Below, piece by piece: positions 53,734 to 64,000 of a stretch of DNA of 64,000 bases. The number at the start of each line of letters is the position of its first letter. Position 1 is the stretch's first letter. Source of the stretch: Microcystaceae cyanobacterium (GTDB taxonomy: Bacteria; Cyanobacteriota; Cyanobacteriia; Cyanobacteriales; Microcystaceae); NCBI GenBank assembly GCA_041746575.1, contig JBGTGT010000115.1, positions 19,207-83,206 on the forward strand, read 5' to 3'. Position numbers and translations under genes: made by a program. The notes under the pieces are model-generated. The model was not told the DNA's origin. It saw nothing but the letters and a program-made list of their open reading frames with translations, and made no database searches.

Positions 53734-54342
53734 CTAAAAAGAAGCTAATTTCTCAAAACAATAAGCTCCCATTATTCCCCATGTCGCTTTCCCTGTTTGC
53801 GAATCAATTCCTTTTTCATGGGATATATATTCTTTTTCGTTTACTTCAAACCCTAAGGCGATTTGATAAGTTTGATTTTGATAAGTAAAACAACAAGGAC
53901 TATCGGATAAGGGAAAGGCTCTGAAATGATCAGAATTGACACTCATTTTTATCTTTTCTACTGATAAAGAACAACCGACGTGAGTTAATTCTTCTATATC
54001 TTTTGTTGTAAGAAAGTGTAATTTTTCGGGGTGGCGTCCACTCCCCTTGAAAGCATCTAGATCGTGAAATTTATAATATTGTACGGTTATTTTTCCTGAA
54101 GAAGGATCTTGACGTAAGCGCAAGAGACGGGGACGATAAGGTTGATCAACGTTAACTAAGCTGGCTTGTTCTGTAAATAATGTCACACTATCTTCAGAAA
54201 AAAGAGAAATCGAACGAAACCAAAGATGGAGATGAACAAACCACACTGGTTGGTTGATGGCTTGTCGTTGATTGGTGAATTCTCCCGCTAAATATTGCCC
54301 TAGTGCGAGCAAATCGGAAGATAAATGAATATTTTGGCTCAT
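53734..54342 (-). CDS. CpcT/CpeT-family phycobilin lyase
   Basis: LAGEFTNQRQA..QPVWFVH, PYRPRLLRL, GCSL, KGID..TGKATWG. Confidence 0.9.
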   Translation of the reverse strand: MSQNIHLSSDLLALGQYLAGEFTNQRQAINQPVWFVHLHLWFRSISLFSEDSVTLFTEQASLVNVDQPYRPRLLRLRQDPSSGKITVQYYKFHDLDAFKGSGRHPEKLHFLTTKDIEELTHVGCSLSVEKIKMSVNSDHFRAFPLSDSPCCFTYQNQTYQIALGFEVNEKEYISHEKGIDSQTGKATWGIMGAYCFEKLASF

Positions 54343-54521
54343 TTTTAATCCATGTCATTAAAGGGCTTAGTTTAATTTTACGTTCAAATGTTCTCATTCC
54401 GATGACTTGATCAGTGATTTATGGCAATCTTCCTAGGTAATCTCTTCCCCCTTTTCTCGTGAGGAGGGATGTGTTATGATCGTTAACTGCGATTAAATTA
54501 ACTCATCATATAATTAGCAAG

Positions 54522-54770
54522 ATGGTCAAGTTACGCTTAAAAAGATACGGAAAGAAACGAGAAGTCAGCTACAGAATTGTTGCCATTCCTAGCACCAGCC
54601 GTCGTGAAGGTCGCCCTTTAGAAGAATTAGGCTTCTATAACCCCAGAACGGACGAAACTCGCTTAAATATTCCTGCGATTGTCAAGCGTCTCCAAGAGGG
54701 TGCGCAACCGAGTGAAACGGTTCGTAGTATTTTAAGAAAAGCCAACGTCTTTGAACAAGTCAATGCCTAA
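54522..54770 (+). CDS. rpsP: 30S ribosomal protein S16
   Basis: [40 protein letters not shown]. Confidence 0.98.
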   Translation: MVKLRLKRYGKKREVSYRIVAIPSTSRREGRPLEELGFYNPRTDETRLNIPAIVKRLQEGAQPSETVRSILRKANVFEQVNA

Positions 54771-55194
54771 TTCTCTGATGCGTCCAACTGCCGCCTTTCC
54801 CCCTCGTCCGCAATATGCGGAACTGATCAGTTATATCATTAAGCCGTTACTTGATAATCCAACGGAGATGAAGATAGACTGTGAACAAGTAAACCAAAAC
54901 CGTCGGGTCTGGATTCGTTTATCTTTTGATGATACCGATAAAGGACGGGTCTTTGGTCGAGGCGGACGCAACCTGCAAGCGGTTCGTACAGTAATTGGAA
55001 TGGCGGCGGCAATGACGGGACAAACCGTTCATTTAGATATTCATAATTCAGAAGAAATGGATAGTATTTTAGAAACATCTTCCCGCAGTAGATTCGTCAA
55101 AAAACTCGAAAAAAGACGATATCGTCCGAGAAGTTCAGCACCAGATTCTTCTTATCCCCGTTATCCTAGTGAAAACACCCCTAGCGATTATTGA
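54763..55194 (+). CDS. khpA: KH-domain RNA-binding protein (KhpA-like)
   Basis: [17 protein letters not shown] (GxxG loop), in the conserved position after rpsP. Confidence 0.88.
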   Translation: MPNSLMRPTAAFPPRPQYAELISYIIKPLLDNPTEMKIDCEQVNQNRRVWIRLSFDDTDKGRVFGRGGRNLQAVRTVIGMAAAMTGQTVHLDIHNSEEMDSILETSSRSRFVKKLEKRRYRPRSSAPDSSYPRYPSENTPSDY

Positions 55195-55221
55195 GATATA
55201 ACTTTAAGTTGCCTTTATCTT

Positions 55222-55254
55222 ATCCCACTGCTTTTGGCATTGGGGTTTTTATTT
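55222..55254 (+). terminator. intrinsic terminator of rpsP-khpA
   Basis: atcccactgc-ttttg-gcattggggt followed by a T-run. Confidence 0.6.
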
Positions 55255-55340
55255 GTTAGTTTAGCGTATTTTATCTCGGTTTTCCGGCGTCTAAGAAAAT
55301 CGTAAAATATCTTAATTTAAAATACGCAGTGCCACATATT

Positions 55341-56057
55341 TTAGAAATTAAATATAAGATTTGAAAGGGTAACCAAACGATAACCATTGGTTTGTAGATA
55401 AGGTAAGAGAGCCTTTAGTACGGTGAGGGTGTTTTGCGTTCTTTCCCTTGTTCCGCCGTGTAGGATTAAAATTGCTCCCGGAAAAATAAAAGGCTTGATA
55501 TATTTAAGCGTAAAATCGGGATGACTAAGTCCATTTCTGGTATCTAAAGGAATCATTGAACCTAGGGCAACTTTGGGTTGATAACTGGGCATTTTTTTGA
55601 GGGTTTCTATCATGTTTTGGTTGTAGAATCCTCGACCAGGACGAAACCACTGTATAGGGGTTTGCGTCACCTGAGTAATCAGTCGATTTGCCTGTTCAAT
55701 TTCTAGTTGAAATTCGCTTGGCGATAAACAAGCATGGGTATGGTCAAAAATGCCATGATTTGCCACTTCATGTCCTTCATCTATCATTTTTTTGAGAATA
55801 TTTGTCTTTGGATTTAAATAGCTTGTAATGATAAAAAAAGTCAAATTAATTTGATAATCTATATTGCTTTTATGAGAGTGATTATAATCGGCAACAGTGG
55901 TTAAAAGTTTCTCAGTAGAGATATCATTTTCTTCATTAGAAATAGGAACATCATCAATGGTTAAAGCGATGACTTTTTCGGAAGTATTTTGATAAAAAAT
56001 GGCATTGGTAAATATATTCGATATGCCAGAAATTAAAAATTTTGCTAAATTAGACAT
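55341..56057 (-). CDS. polysaccharide deacetylase (CE4/NodB)
   Basis: IALTIDDVP, TFFI, GHEVANHGIFDH, WFRPG, ILILHGG; ATG 56057 preferred. Confidence 0.88.
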   Translation of the reverse strand: MSNLAKFLISGISNIFTNAIFYQNTSEKVIALTIDDVPISNEENDISTEKLLTTVADYNHSHKSNIDYQINLTFFIITSYLNPKTNILKKMIDEGHEVANHGIFDHTHACLSPSEFQLEIEQANRLITQVTQTPIQWFRPGRGFYNQNMIETLKKMPSYQPKVALGSMIPLDTRNGLSHPDFTLKYIKPFIFPGAILILHGGTRERTQNTLTVLKALLPYLQTNGYRLVTLSNLIFNF

Positions 56058-56331
56058 GGTATTTGGGGGATAAAGCTTCAAAAACAACCATGGAATTTGT
56101 CTTGAGAAAATCAGAAACAATGAGAAATTGAGTCAATTCTTCCCATTGATTATAGAACGTTAAATTGTCCTTTTCGTCACAAAACCAAACTTCTACTGTC
56201 TGTGCTTCTAAATATAAATTCTTTTTCATTTTTGTTTTTTCAAAAGTATTACTAGCAGAGATATTGAGTTCAATTTTAAAGGGTAAATTTTGTAATTTTT
56301 GATTTTCACAAACTTCTTGCCATTCCAGCAT
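56050..56331 (-). pseudogene. internally deleted Uma2-family endonuclease
   Basis: N-terminal WQEVCENQKLQNLPFKIELN joins directly to ISASNT...KKNLYLEAQTVEVWFCDE; the central PD-(D/E)xK part is missing. Confidence 0.7.
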
Positions 56332-56477
56332 TGTATAATTCTTAGCAAAATTTTTTTTATAGAATCTCAATCTTCTTAAAATTATAGACTTGTTAATTTA
56401 TTTTCTCAATTAATTTTGACTTAGGTTAAAATTAAAAATGAATTTGAGTATCCCTTACGATGAGGAAATAAGACAAG

Positions 56478-57365
56478 GTGACGGTCAAGCCGAATTGGTT
56501 ACGGGTTAAAGCTCCACAATGGCAACGGGTGGGGAGCGTGAAAGAGATTTTGCGAGATTTGGGCTTAAATACAGTTTGTGAAGAAGCCTCTTGCCCTAAT
56601 ATTGGCGAATGCTTCCAAGCAGGAACAGCAACTTTCCTAATTATGGGGCCTGCTTGTACCCGCGCTTGTCCCTATTGTGATATTGATTTTGAGAAAAAAC
56701 CGCAAGCGTTAGATCCTTTTGAACCGATTCATCTAGCAGAAGCTGTTAAACGTCTCAAATTGAACCATGTTGTCATTACTTCCGTTAATCGCGATGATTT
56801 AGCCGATGGGGGGGCATCTCAATTTGTCCGCTGTGTTGAGGAAATTCGTGCTATTTCTGCTCAGACAAGCATTGAGTTATTAATTCCCGACCTTTGCGGT
56901 AATTGGACAGCTTTAGAGACGATTTTACAGGCAAAACCAGAGGTTCTCAACCATAATACAGAGACGGTTCCTCGCTTGTATCGTCGTATTCGACCTCAAG
57001 GTAATTATGAGCGATCGCTGGAACTTTTGCAATGTTGTCGGGAAATTGCCCCAGGGGTTTATACGAAATCGGGGATGATGGTGGGATTAGGGGAGACAGA
57101 TGCAGAGATTCGGCAAGTGATGCAGGACTTACGTCGTGTTGGCTGTGATATTTTAACGATTGGACAGTATTTACAACCCACTCAAAAGCATTTAGGGATT
57201 CAAGCGTTTATTACGCCAGAGCAGTTTGAAGAATGGCGAATCTTTGGGGAAAGTATTGGTTTTTTGCAAGTTGTCTCTTCTCCTCTAACTCGTAGTTCTT
57301 ATCACGCCGAGGAAGTCAAAAAATTAATGAAAACCTATCCTAAGACAGTTAACGATGAATGGTGA
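56478..57365 (+). CDS. lipA: lipoyl synthase
   Basis: [41 protein letters not shown] and GTG start. Confidence 0.97.
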   Translation: MTVKPNWLRVKAPQWQRVGSVKEILRDLGLNTVCEEASCPNIGECFQAGTATFLIMGPACTRACPYCDIDFEKKPQALDPFEPIHLAEAVKRLKLNHVVITSVNRDDLADGGASQFVRCVEEIRAISAQTSIELLIPDLCGNWTALETILQAKPEVLNHNTETVPRLYRRIRPQGNYERSLELLQCCREIAPGVYTKSGMMVGLGETDAEIRQVMQDLRRVGCDILTIGQYLQPTQKHLGIQAFITPEQFEEWRIFGESIGFLQVVSSPLTRSSYHAEEVKKLMKTYPKTVNDEW

Positions 57366-57478
57366 ACTGAGAATCGTAACTTATGACTGATAGGATCTAA
57401 AACTTGAAACCTATTCCCAGATGTTCCAGAGCATCTTACACTTGACTGTGAGAGGTTAGCAGTCGAGAGGTCATTTTT

Positions 57479-58768
57479 GTGAAAAACGTTTTAGCAATCA
57501 TACTCGGTGGCGGTGCAGGCACTCGTCTCTATCCCCTGACGAAGCTACGCGCCAAACCTGCTGTTCCCTTAGCGGGAAAATATCGCTTAATTGATATTCC
57601 GGTTAGCAATTGTATTAATTCCGAGATTAAGAAAATTTATGTTCTAACGCAGTTTAATTCTGCCTCCCTCAATCGCCATTTATCTCGCAGTTATACCTTT
57701 TCCAGTTTTGAAGAGGGATTTGTCGAAGTCTTGGCGGCACAACAAACGGCAGAAAATCCTCAGTGGTTTCAGGGAACAGCGGATGCAGTGCGTCAGTATC
57801 TCTGGCTATTTCAGGAATGGGATGTAGATGAATATCTCATTCTTTCAGGTGATCATTTGTATCGTATGGATTATGCGGACTTTATCGAACGTCATCGAGA
57901 GACTAAGGCAGATATTACCCTTTCTGTGGTGCCAATTGATGAAAAACGGGCTACTAGCTTTGGTCTAATGAAAATGAATGACCAAGGTCGCATCGTAGAT
58001 TTCAGTGAAAAACCAAAAGGGGACGCTTTAAAGCAAATGCAGGTCGATACGTCTATTTTGGGACTCAATCCCGAACAGGCGAAAGGACAGCCTTATATTG
58101 CCTCCATGGGCATCTATGTCTTTAAAAAAGACGCATTAGTTGATTTATTGGATTCCAATCCTGAGCAAACGGATTTTGGTAAAGAAATTATTCCCACCTC
58201 CGCGAGTGATTACAATCTTCAAGCCTATCTCTTTAAGGGATACTGGGAAGATATTGGGACAATCGAAGCTTTCTATGAAGCGAATTTAGCATTGACTCAG
58301 CAACCTACCCCTCCGTTTAGTTTTTACGATGAAATTGCACCGATTTATACCCGCGCTCGCTATCTCCCCCCCACAAAAATTCTCAATTGCCATGTGACAG
58401 AAGCGATGATTAGTGAAGGCTGTATTGTCAAAGATTGTCGCATTCATCACTCTATTTTGGGGATTCGTAGCCGAATTGGCGAAAATTGTGTCATCGAAGA
58501 TACAATGTTGATGGGAGCAGATTATTATGAACCCAAAACAAAACGGGATGCTCTGTTACGTGAAGGAAAGATTCCTATGGGAATTGGTGAAGGAAGTACT
58601 ATTCGCCGCGCTATTGTCGACAAAAATGCCCGTATCGGCAAAAATGTCATGATTGTTAACAAAGAAAACATTGAAGAAGCAGAGCGAGAAGAGCAAGGAT
58701 TCTACATTCGCAACGGGATTGTGGTGGTGATTAAAAATAAAAAAATTGCTGATGATACTGTGATTTGA
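57479..58768 (+). CDS. glgC: ADP-glucose pyrophosphorylase
   Basis: [44 protein letters not shown]. Confidence 0.98.
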   Translation: MKNVLAIILGGGAGTRLYPLTKLRAKPAVPLAGKYRLIDIPVSNCINSEIKKIYVLTQFNSASLNRHLSRSYTFSSFEEGFVEVLAAQQTAENPQWFQGTADAVRQYLWLFQEWDVDEYLILSGDHLYRMDYADFIERHRETKADITLSVVPIDEKRATSFGLMKMNDQGRIVDFSEKPKGDALKQMQVDTSILGLNPEQAKGQPYIASMGIYVFKKDALVDLLDSNPEQTDFGKEIIPTSASDYNLQAYLFKGYWEDIGTIEAFYEANLALTQQPTPPFSFYDEIAPIYTRARYLPPTKILNCHVTEAMISEGCIVKDCRIHHSILGIRSRIGENCVIEDTMLMGADYYEPKTKRDALLREGKIPMGIGEGSTIRRAIVDKNARIGKNVMIVNKENIEEAEREEQGFYIRNGIVVVIKNKKIADDTVI

Positions 58769-58875
58769 TGACTTGAGGGGATATTCCATCGGGTTTTTCC
58801 CCTTAATTTTCTTTAGTCTCTTGCATTATTCCAAATCCTTTCGATTCCCTCTATCTTATAAAGGCTAAAAGGCGT

Positions 58876-59355
58876 CTAATTTCGGTTGACGATGGCAATG
58901 TTCCACTGCCCGAGTTGACTACTTTGAAACGCAATTTGTTGACCATCACCGCTCAAGGTGGGGTGTCGAACTGATCCTTTAAGATTGGCGGTTAATAATT
59001 GCGATCGCTGACTTTGGCGATCATAGATCATGATATCGCTTTTTCCCCGTTCTGTGGAAACATAGGCAATAAAGCGTCCATCCGTGCTTAAAGACGGTTG
59101 ATCTTGACTAGAATCTCGCCGATTCAAATTGGGTAAGGGGACGAGGGTTCTTTGCTGTAAATCAAACAGAAAAATATCCCGACGATTATTGCGATCGGAA
59201 GCGAAAGCTAAATAACGACCATCTCCACTATAAGCCGGATATTCTTCTGCTACGTTGCTATTTAAGCCTCCCGTTGGAATTTGCGGCTGAATTAAGACGG
59301 CTCGACTACACCCGCTTAAGATTAGTAAAATCAGGCAAAATAAAATATTTTTCAT
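58876..59355 (-). CDS. short TolB-like (PD40 repeat) lipoprotein
   Basis: Lipobox LSGC and three PD40 repeats P..S.DG..IAF.S. Confidence 0.88.
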   Translation of the reverse strand: MKNILFCLILLILSGCSRAVLIQPQIPTGGLNSNVAEEYPAYSGDGRYLAFASDRNNRRDIFLFDLQQRTLVPLPNLNRRDSSQDQPSLSTDGRFIAYVSTERGKSDIMIYDRQSQRSQLLTANLKGSVRHPTLSGDGQQIAFQSSQLGQWNIAIVNRN

Positions 59356-59585
59356 AAAAAACGGATGTCAATATCAAAAATTGGCGATAAGTCAAAGAAT
59401 AGAGGACGGGAAACAGAAGAATATTCTAATTTTAAAGCTTAGTGTTAGGGAGAACTGACGTTATTGTTGCCGGTCTTACTTACTTCATAATTTGCAGAAT
59501 TTCTTAGGCTTTCTGAGACTTTTGAGTCTGTCATTTTCGTTACCATAGAGATTAAGAGAGAGGGAACATCATTACAAAAAGGTCT

Positions 59586-60026
59586 ATGCTAAACCCTGCC
59601 CTACTTTGGTTAATCGCCGGTGCTGTGCTTTGCTTGATGGAACTGGCTTTTCCGACAGCCTTTGTTGCCTTCATGATGGGCATAAGCGCGATAATCGTCT
59701 CGATTGTAGCTCTCATTAATCCCCCGATTAGCTTACAGCTTGTTTTGTGGTTAATTCTCTCAACTGCTTCTGTTTTCTTATCTCGTCGTTGGTTGACACC
59801 TAAGCAAAAAGGATCATTGTTAAGAGAGGCTCACGAGGGAGAAACTTTAACTGAAATTTTGCCGAACCAGTCGGGTAGAGTACTTTATGAAGGCAATTCT
59901 TGGCGTGCCGTTTGTGCAGATGACCATATCACCATTGCCGCCCATCAACCTGTTTATATTGTAAAACAGAAAGGCACCACGTTAATTGTTTTACCGAGAG
60001 ACTTTCCTTTATTCCCTCTCGATTGA
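59586..60026 (+). CDS. NfeD-family membrane protein
   Basis: WLIAG...MEL..P, GRVLYEGNSWRA, TLIV; upstream of an SPFH gene. Confidence 0.9.
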   Translation: MLNPALLWLIAGAVLCLMELAFPTAFVAFMMGISAIIVSIVALINPPISLQLVLWLILSTASVFLSRRWLTPKQKGSLLREAHEGETLTEILPNQSGRVLYEGNSWRAVCADDHITIAAHQPVYIVKQKGTTLIVLPRDFPLFPLD

Positions 60027-60076
60027 TTTTAAACAACTGCTATTCAACGATTTAACCTTATGAGGAGATTTTAAAA

Positions 60077-61054
60077 ATGGGTGGTCAATTTTTGTTTTTT
60101 GTTTTAGTAATTTTAGGCGGTTCGACTTTAGTAGGATCGGTTAAAATTGTCAATGAAAAAAATGAATATTTAATCGAAAGATTAGGAAGTTACAATAAGA
60201 AACTAACCCATGGCTTGAATTTCTTGATTCCCTTCTTTGATAAGGTTGTTTATAAAGAAACCGTTCGAGAAAAAGTCTTAGATATTCCGCCTCAGTCTTG
60301 TATCACTAAGGACAATGTTTCCATTACCGTTGATGCCGTCGTCTATTGGCGTATTATGGATATGGCAAATGCTTATTATAAAGTTGAAAATTTACAGTCA
60401 GCCATGGTGAATTTAGTACTAACTCAAATTCGCGCTGAAGTCGGTAAACTCGAACTCGATCAGACCTTCACGGCTCGAACCGAAATTAATGAAATCCTTC
60501 TCAAAGAATTAGACTTAGCCACCGATCCTTGGGGTGTGAAAGTGACAAGGGTCGAATTAAGAGACATTATGCCTTCAAAGGCGGTGCAAGATTCGATGGA
60601 ATTACAGATGGCCGCAGAACGCAAAAAACGGGCAGCCATTCTAACATCAGAAGGGGAAAGAGATTCGTCTATTAATTCAGCTCAAGGGAAGGCAGAAGCT
60701 AGAGTTTTGGAGGCAGAAGCGATGAAAAAAGCGGCAATTTTAAAAGCGGAGGCAGAAAAAGAACAACAGGTTTTGAAAGCACAGGCTACGTCTGAAGCTT
60801 TAAAGATTATTGCCCAAAAATTACAATCTGATCCGAATGCTCGCGAAGCGTTACAATTTCTATTAACCCAACAATATTTAGTGATGGGAGAAACTATTGG
60901 CAGCAGTGAAAGCAGTAAGGTGATGTTTATGGATCCTCGCAGTATTGTTTCTACTTTAGAAGGAATGCGCTCTATTATCTCTGATAACAGCAATAGTAAT
61001 CTTGATGACTTGGATAATGAGTTAGGCAAAATTGATCGTCATTCTGCTGGCTAA
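60077..61054 (+). CDS. SPFH/band 7 (stomatin-like) protein
   Basis: [44 protein letters not shown]. Confidence 0.95.
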   Translation: MGGQFLFFVLVILGGSTLVGSVKIVNEKNEYLIERLGSYNKKLTHGLNFLIPFFDKVVYKETVREKVLDIPPQSCITKDNVSITVDAVVYWRIMDMANAYYKVENLQSAMVNLVLTQIRAEVGKLELDQTFTARTEINEILLKELDLATDPWGVKVTRVELRDIMPSKAVQDSMELQMAAERKKRAAILTSEGERDSSINSAQGKAEARVLEAEAMKKAAILKAEAEKEQQVLKAQATSEALKIIAQKLQSDPNAREALQFLLTQQYLVMGETIGSSESSKVMFMDPRSIVSTLEGMRSIISDNSNSNLDDLDNELGKIDRHSAG

Positions 61055-61089
61055 ATTTCTAACCATTCTCAGGATACTGATCAGGTTAG

Positions 61090-61112
61090 GTAAGGGCGCA
61101 AACCTCGCGCCC
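61090..61112 (+). repeat. REP-like palindrome
   Basis: gtaagggcgcaaacctcgcgccc, between convergent genes. Confidence 0.6.
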
Positions 61113-61248
61113 GAAAGTTCTTTCAAAAATGCAAAGAATGAGTGATTCTAAGATTAAGAAACCAAAGATGAAATCTTCTTTTTTCCGTTATTCTACTTTG
61201 CTATTACGCCTAATTTGTTGCTGAGAAGCGTGATATTCTATACTCTGA

Positions 61249-61374
61249 TTAATGGGCTGAGCCATTGCCGTCATAGTTATCAGAATCGTAAAATCCGTTC
61301 TTTGTCCCAAAAAAGAGACAAGAAACAATAAAAAGTCCCGTGAGAACAATCAAGATCAATTTAACATCTAGCAT
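61249..61374 (-). CDS. ndhP: NDH-1L small subunit NdhP
   Basis: MLDVKLILIVLTGLFIVSCLFFGTKNGFYDSDNYDGNGSAH, with the characteristic FFGTxNGFYD...GNGSAH tail; ATG 61374. Confidence 0.93.
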   Translation of the reverse strand: MLDVKLILIVLTGLFIVSCLFFGTKNGFYDSDNYDGNGSAH

Positions 61375-61882
61375 GTTTAAAATGCCTCTATAGAATGACG
61401 CTTTAATGATATCGTACTTTTTAAAGTTTACAACCATGAGCTAGGATTTGTCCTCTCTGTTAACCTTTCTTTCTTTTACTCTCCTTTTGAGACGTTTCAT
61501 AAAATAATTTTATCTTGAAAAGCAAACTATATTTGTATTTCAAATTAATTAATGTTGTCAAAATTAGTCAAAAAAGCGCAAAAAATAGCAAGATAACGAA
61601 AGTTAAAACGGACTTAACCACGAAAGAATGAGGGTTGACAACCCCATACTACTAATCGGATAATCAACCCTATAATTAATTTTAAACTGGCGTATTCAGT
61701 GTCAATTTTTCAGGCGACTGAATTTATTAAAATTCAATGATTATCAAGAAAAATACCTAATAAATGCCCTTTAACCTTTTTTTTATGCCTTGTCATCAAT
61801 TCCCTTGATTTAAGTGTTAGGGATTGAGATTTAAGCGATAAGATGAATTTCAGATAGATTGAAATTCAAAAAAGGATTGACC

Positions 61883-63274
61883 GTGACCGATCAAAAAACA
61901 TGGAGCGATCGCTTTGAAGGATCTCTACATCCTTCCATTGTTCTCTTTAATGCCAGTATCGGCTTTGATATCGAATTAATTGAATATGATCTCACAGGAT
62001 CGATTGCCCATGGGAAAATGCTGGCAAAAACGGGAATTATCTCCCCCGAAGAAGGCGAAATCCTTGTCGACGGGTTAGAGCAAATTCGTCAAGAATATCG
62101 TAACGGTCAATTTACCCCCGGTGTTGACCAAGAAGATGTGCATTTTGCGGTAGAACGCCGGTTAACCGAGATTGTGGGAGATGTAGGCAAAAAGCTTCAT
62201 ACTGCACGTTCCCGTAACGATCAAGTGGGTACGGATATTCGTTTGTATTTGCGGGATCAAATTCGTCAAATTCAGGAATATTTACGAGATTACCAAAAAA
62301 TCTTATTGAACTTAGCAGAAAATAACGTCGAAACGCTAATTCCGGGTTATACTCATCTGCAAAGAGCCCAACCTGTCAGCCTTGCTCATCATTTTCTCGC
62401 TTACTTTCAGATGGCGCAACGAGATTGGGAACGCTTAGGAGAAATCTATCATCGTACCAATACCTCGCCCTTGGGGTGTGGAGCCTTAGCGGGGACAACT
62501 TTTCCGATTGATCGGCATTACAGCGCATCTTTGCTGGAATTCGAGAATATTTATATCAATAGTATGGACGGAGTGAGCGATCGCGACTTTGCCATTGAAT
62601 TTCTCAACGCAGCTAGTTTAATTATGGTGCATCTCAGTCGTTTGAGTGAAGAATTGATTCTGTGGGCATCACAGGAGTTTCGTTTTATTAGCTTAACGGA
62701 TAGTTGTGCCACTGGATCGAGTATTATGCCGCAAAAGAAAAATCCTGACGTACCAGAACTAATTCGCGGTAAGGCGGGGCGAGTTTTTGGTCATTTACAA
62801 GGCTTATTGGTGCTGATGAAAGGGTTGCCCCTTGCCTACAACAAAGACTTACAAGAGGATAAAGAAGCCCTCTTTGATAGTGTAAAAACGGTGAAAGTCA
62901 GTCTAGAGGCGATAACGATTTTATTGGAAGAAGGAATTCAATTTCGTCAAGAACGTTTGGCAGAAGCAGTGAATGAAGACTTTTCTAACGCTACCGATGT
63001 GGCAGATTATCTTGCGGCAAAAGGCGTACCTTTCCGAGAGGCCTATAATTTAGTCGGCAAGGTCGTTAAAACCAGTTTGAATAATGGTAAACTACTGAAA
63101 GATTTATCGTTAGACGAATGGAAACAGCTTCACCCCGCCTTTGAAGCCGATATCTATGAAGCGATCGCGCCGAAACAGGTGGTAGCCGCCCGTAATAGCT
63201 ATGGTGGAACTGGATTTGAGCAAATTCGCCAAGCGATTCAAGTTGCTCATACACAACTGCAAAAAACCGCCTAA
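61883..63274 (+). CDS. argH: argininosuccinate lyase
   Basis: [49 protein letters not shown] 61883 preferred. Confidence 0.98.
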   Translation: MTDQKTWSDRFEGSLHPSIVLFNASIGFDIELIEYDLTGSIAHGKMLAKTGIISPEEGEILVDGLEQIRQEYRNGQFTPGVDQEDVHFAVERRLTEIVGDVGKKLHTARSRNDQVGTDIRLYLRDQIRQIQEYLRDYQKILLNLAENNVETLIPGYTHLQRAQPVSLAHHFLAYFQMAQRDWERLGEIYHRTNTSPLGCGALAGTTFPIDRHYSASLLEFENIYINSMDGVSDRDFAIEFLNAASLIMVHLSRLSEELILWASQEFRFISLTDSCATGSSIMPQKKNPDVPELIRGKAGRVFGHLQGLLVLMKGLPLAYNKDLQEDKEALFDSVKTVKVSLEAITILLEEGIQFRQERLAEAVNEDFSNATDVADYLAAKGVPFREAYNLVGKVVKTSLNNGKLLKDLSLDEWKQLHPAFEADIYEAIAPKQVVAARNSYGGTGFEQIRQAIQVAHTQLQKTA

Positions 63275-63289
63275 TTCCTGTGAAATACT

Positions 63290-63745
63290 ATGGATCGTGT
63301 TTGGCGATATCTTAAGACCATTATGGGAATCATCTTCCGCCATCCGATTACGGGAACAACGGTGATTCCAGTCCTTCCCGATGGACGTATTGTCCTCATT
63401 CAGCGTCGAGATACGGGAGAATGGGGCTTACCGGGGGGAATTATTGACTGGGGTGAAGATATTCCCACTGCCGCACGACGGGAATTAGCAGAGGAAACCG
63501 GATTACAGTTATTGACGATTCGCCGCTTGGTGGGGGTTTATTCCTCTCCCCATCGTGATCCGAGAATTCACTCGATTTCGGTTTTAATTGAAGCAGAGGT
63601 ACAAGGCAATCTGACAATTAAAGACACGCTTGAAATCACAAATGTTAAAGCATTTTATCGAGAAGAATTACCGATAGGGACGCTTTGTCATGATCATGAT
63701 CGACAATTGAAAGATTATTTAGAAGGTTCAACTGTAATTGCGTAG
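63290..63745 (+). CDS. NUDIX hydrolase
   Basis: Nudix box PGGIIDWGEDIPTAARRELAEETG. Confidence 0.93.
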   Translation: MDRVWRYLKTIMGIIFRHPITGTTVIPVLPDGRIVLIQRRDTGEWGLPGGIIDWGEDIPTAARRELAEETGLQLLTIRRLVGVYSSPHRDPRIHSISVLIEAEVQGNLTIKDTLEITNVKAFYREELPIGTLCHDHDRQLKDYLEGSTVIA

Positions 63746-63859
63746 GAAGCGTTAGGGATAAAAGAAACGAATAGGAGGGAAGGAATAGAGAAAAAGCGAT
63801 GATGATCCCATCAAAATTGAGATTACGCCGAGGCTTATTTCTAGGTGGTTGCCTTGTTT

Positions 63860-64000
63860 TAGGGAAGTCCAGAAAATAAAGTCTGCAATTAAGAAGAAGC
63901 AGCATCATAATAAATATCGACAAACCATCTACTCAACTGTTCAGAGCGATGTATTTTGGATTCAACGTGTTTCATCTCTTTTGTGGTCAAAGTAATGCCT
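63860..64000 (+). mobile_element. possible left end of an IS630-like element (truncated by the window)
   Basis: TA followed by GGGAAGTCCAGAAAATAA cuts a signal-peptide-like ORF (63799-63879). An ATG CCT at 63995 could start a transposase. Confidence 0.35.

Noticed and set aside
59586..61054. NfeD-SPFH pair as a new system
   Set aside because: A well-known, widespread gene pair.

Overview
Core-chromosome window of a unicellular beta-cyanobacterium, Chroococcales-like. The assignment rests on frequent HIP1 GCGATCGC octamers, ccmO, psb28, petM, ndhP, a cpcT-type lyase, and ftsQ-ftsZ without ftsA. Most of it is housekeeping: hemF, heme oxygenase, tilS, ccsA, argJ, ureE, rplY, purA, nagB, an RND pump, radC, pheT, rimK, pdxA, truB, a Ctp protease, rpsP-khpA, lipA, glgC, nfeD-SPFH and argH. 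I found no CRISPR array, tRNA, rRNA, prophage or intact transposase. Four small genes need adding or trimming relative to the ORF track: petM, ndhP and two unrecognised single-TM peptides of 28 and 37 aa. The strongest leads are (i) an 833-aa cNMP-like / degenerate sigma54-type AAA+ / membrane polyferredoxin fusion with a divergent 28-aa peptide, (ii) a 910-aa modular extracellular-type protein with a nucleoside-hydrolase-like acidic motif, (iii) a stand-alone 37-aa membrane peptide with its own RBS and terminator, (iv) a signal-peptide GUN4-domain gene before an RND pump, (v) an exported copper amine oxidase and a RimB-RimK pair beside an amino-acid-binding protein, and (vi) REP-like palindromes, several deletion-fused pseudogenes and a possible IS630 end at the right edge. 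No wholly new multi-gene system is proven from sequence alone. All family assignments come from motif recognition, not database searches.
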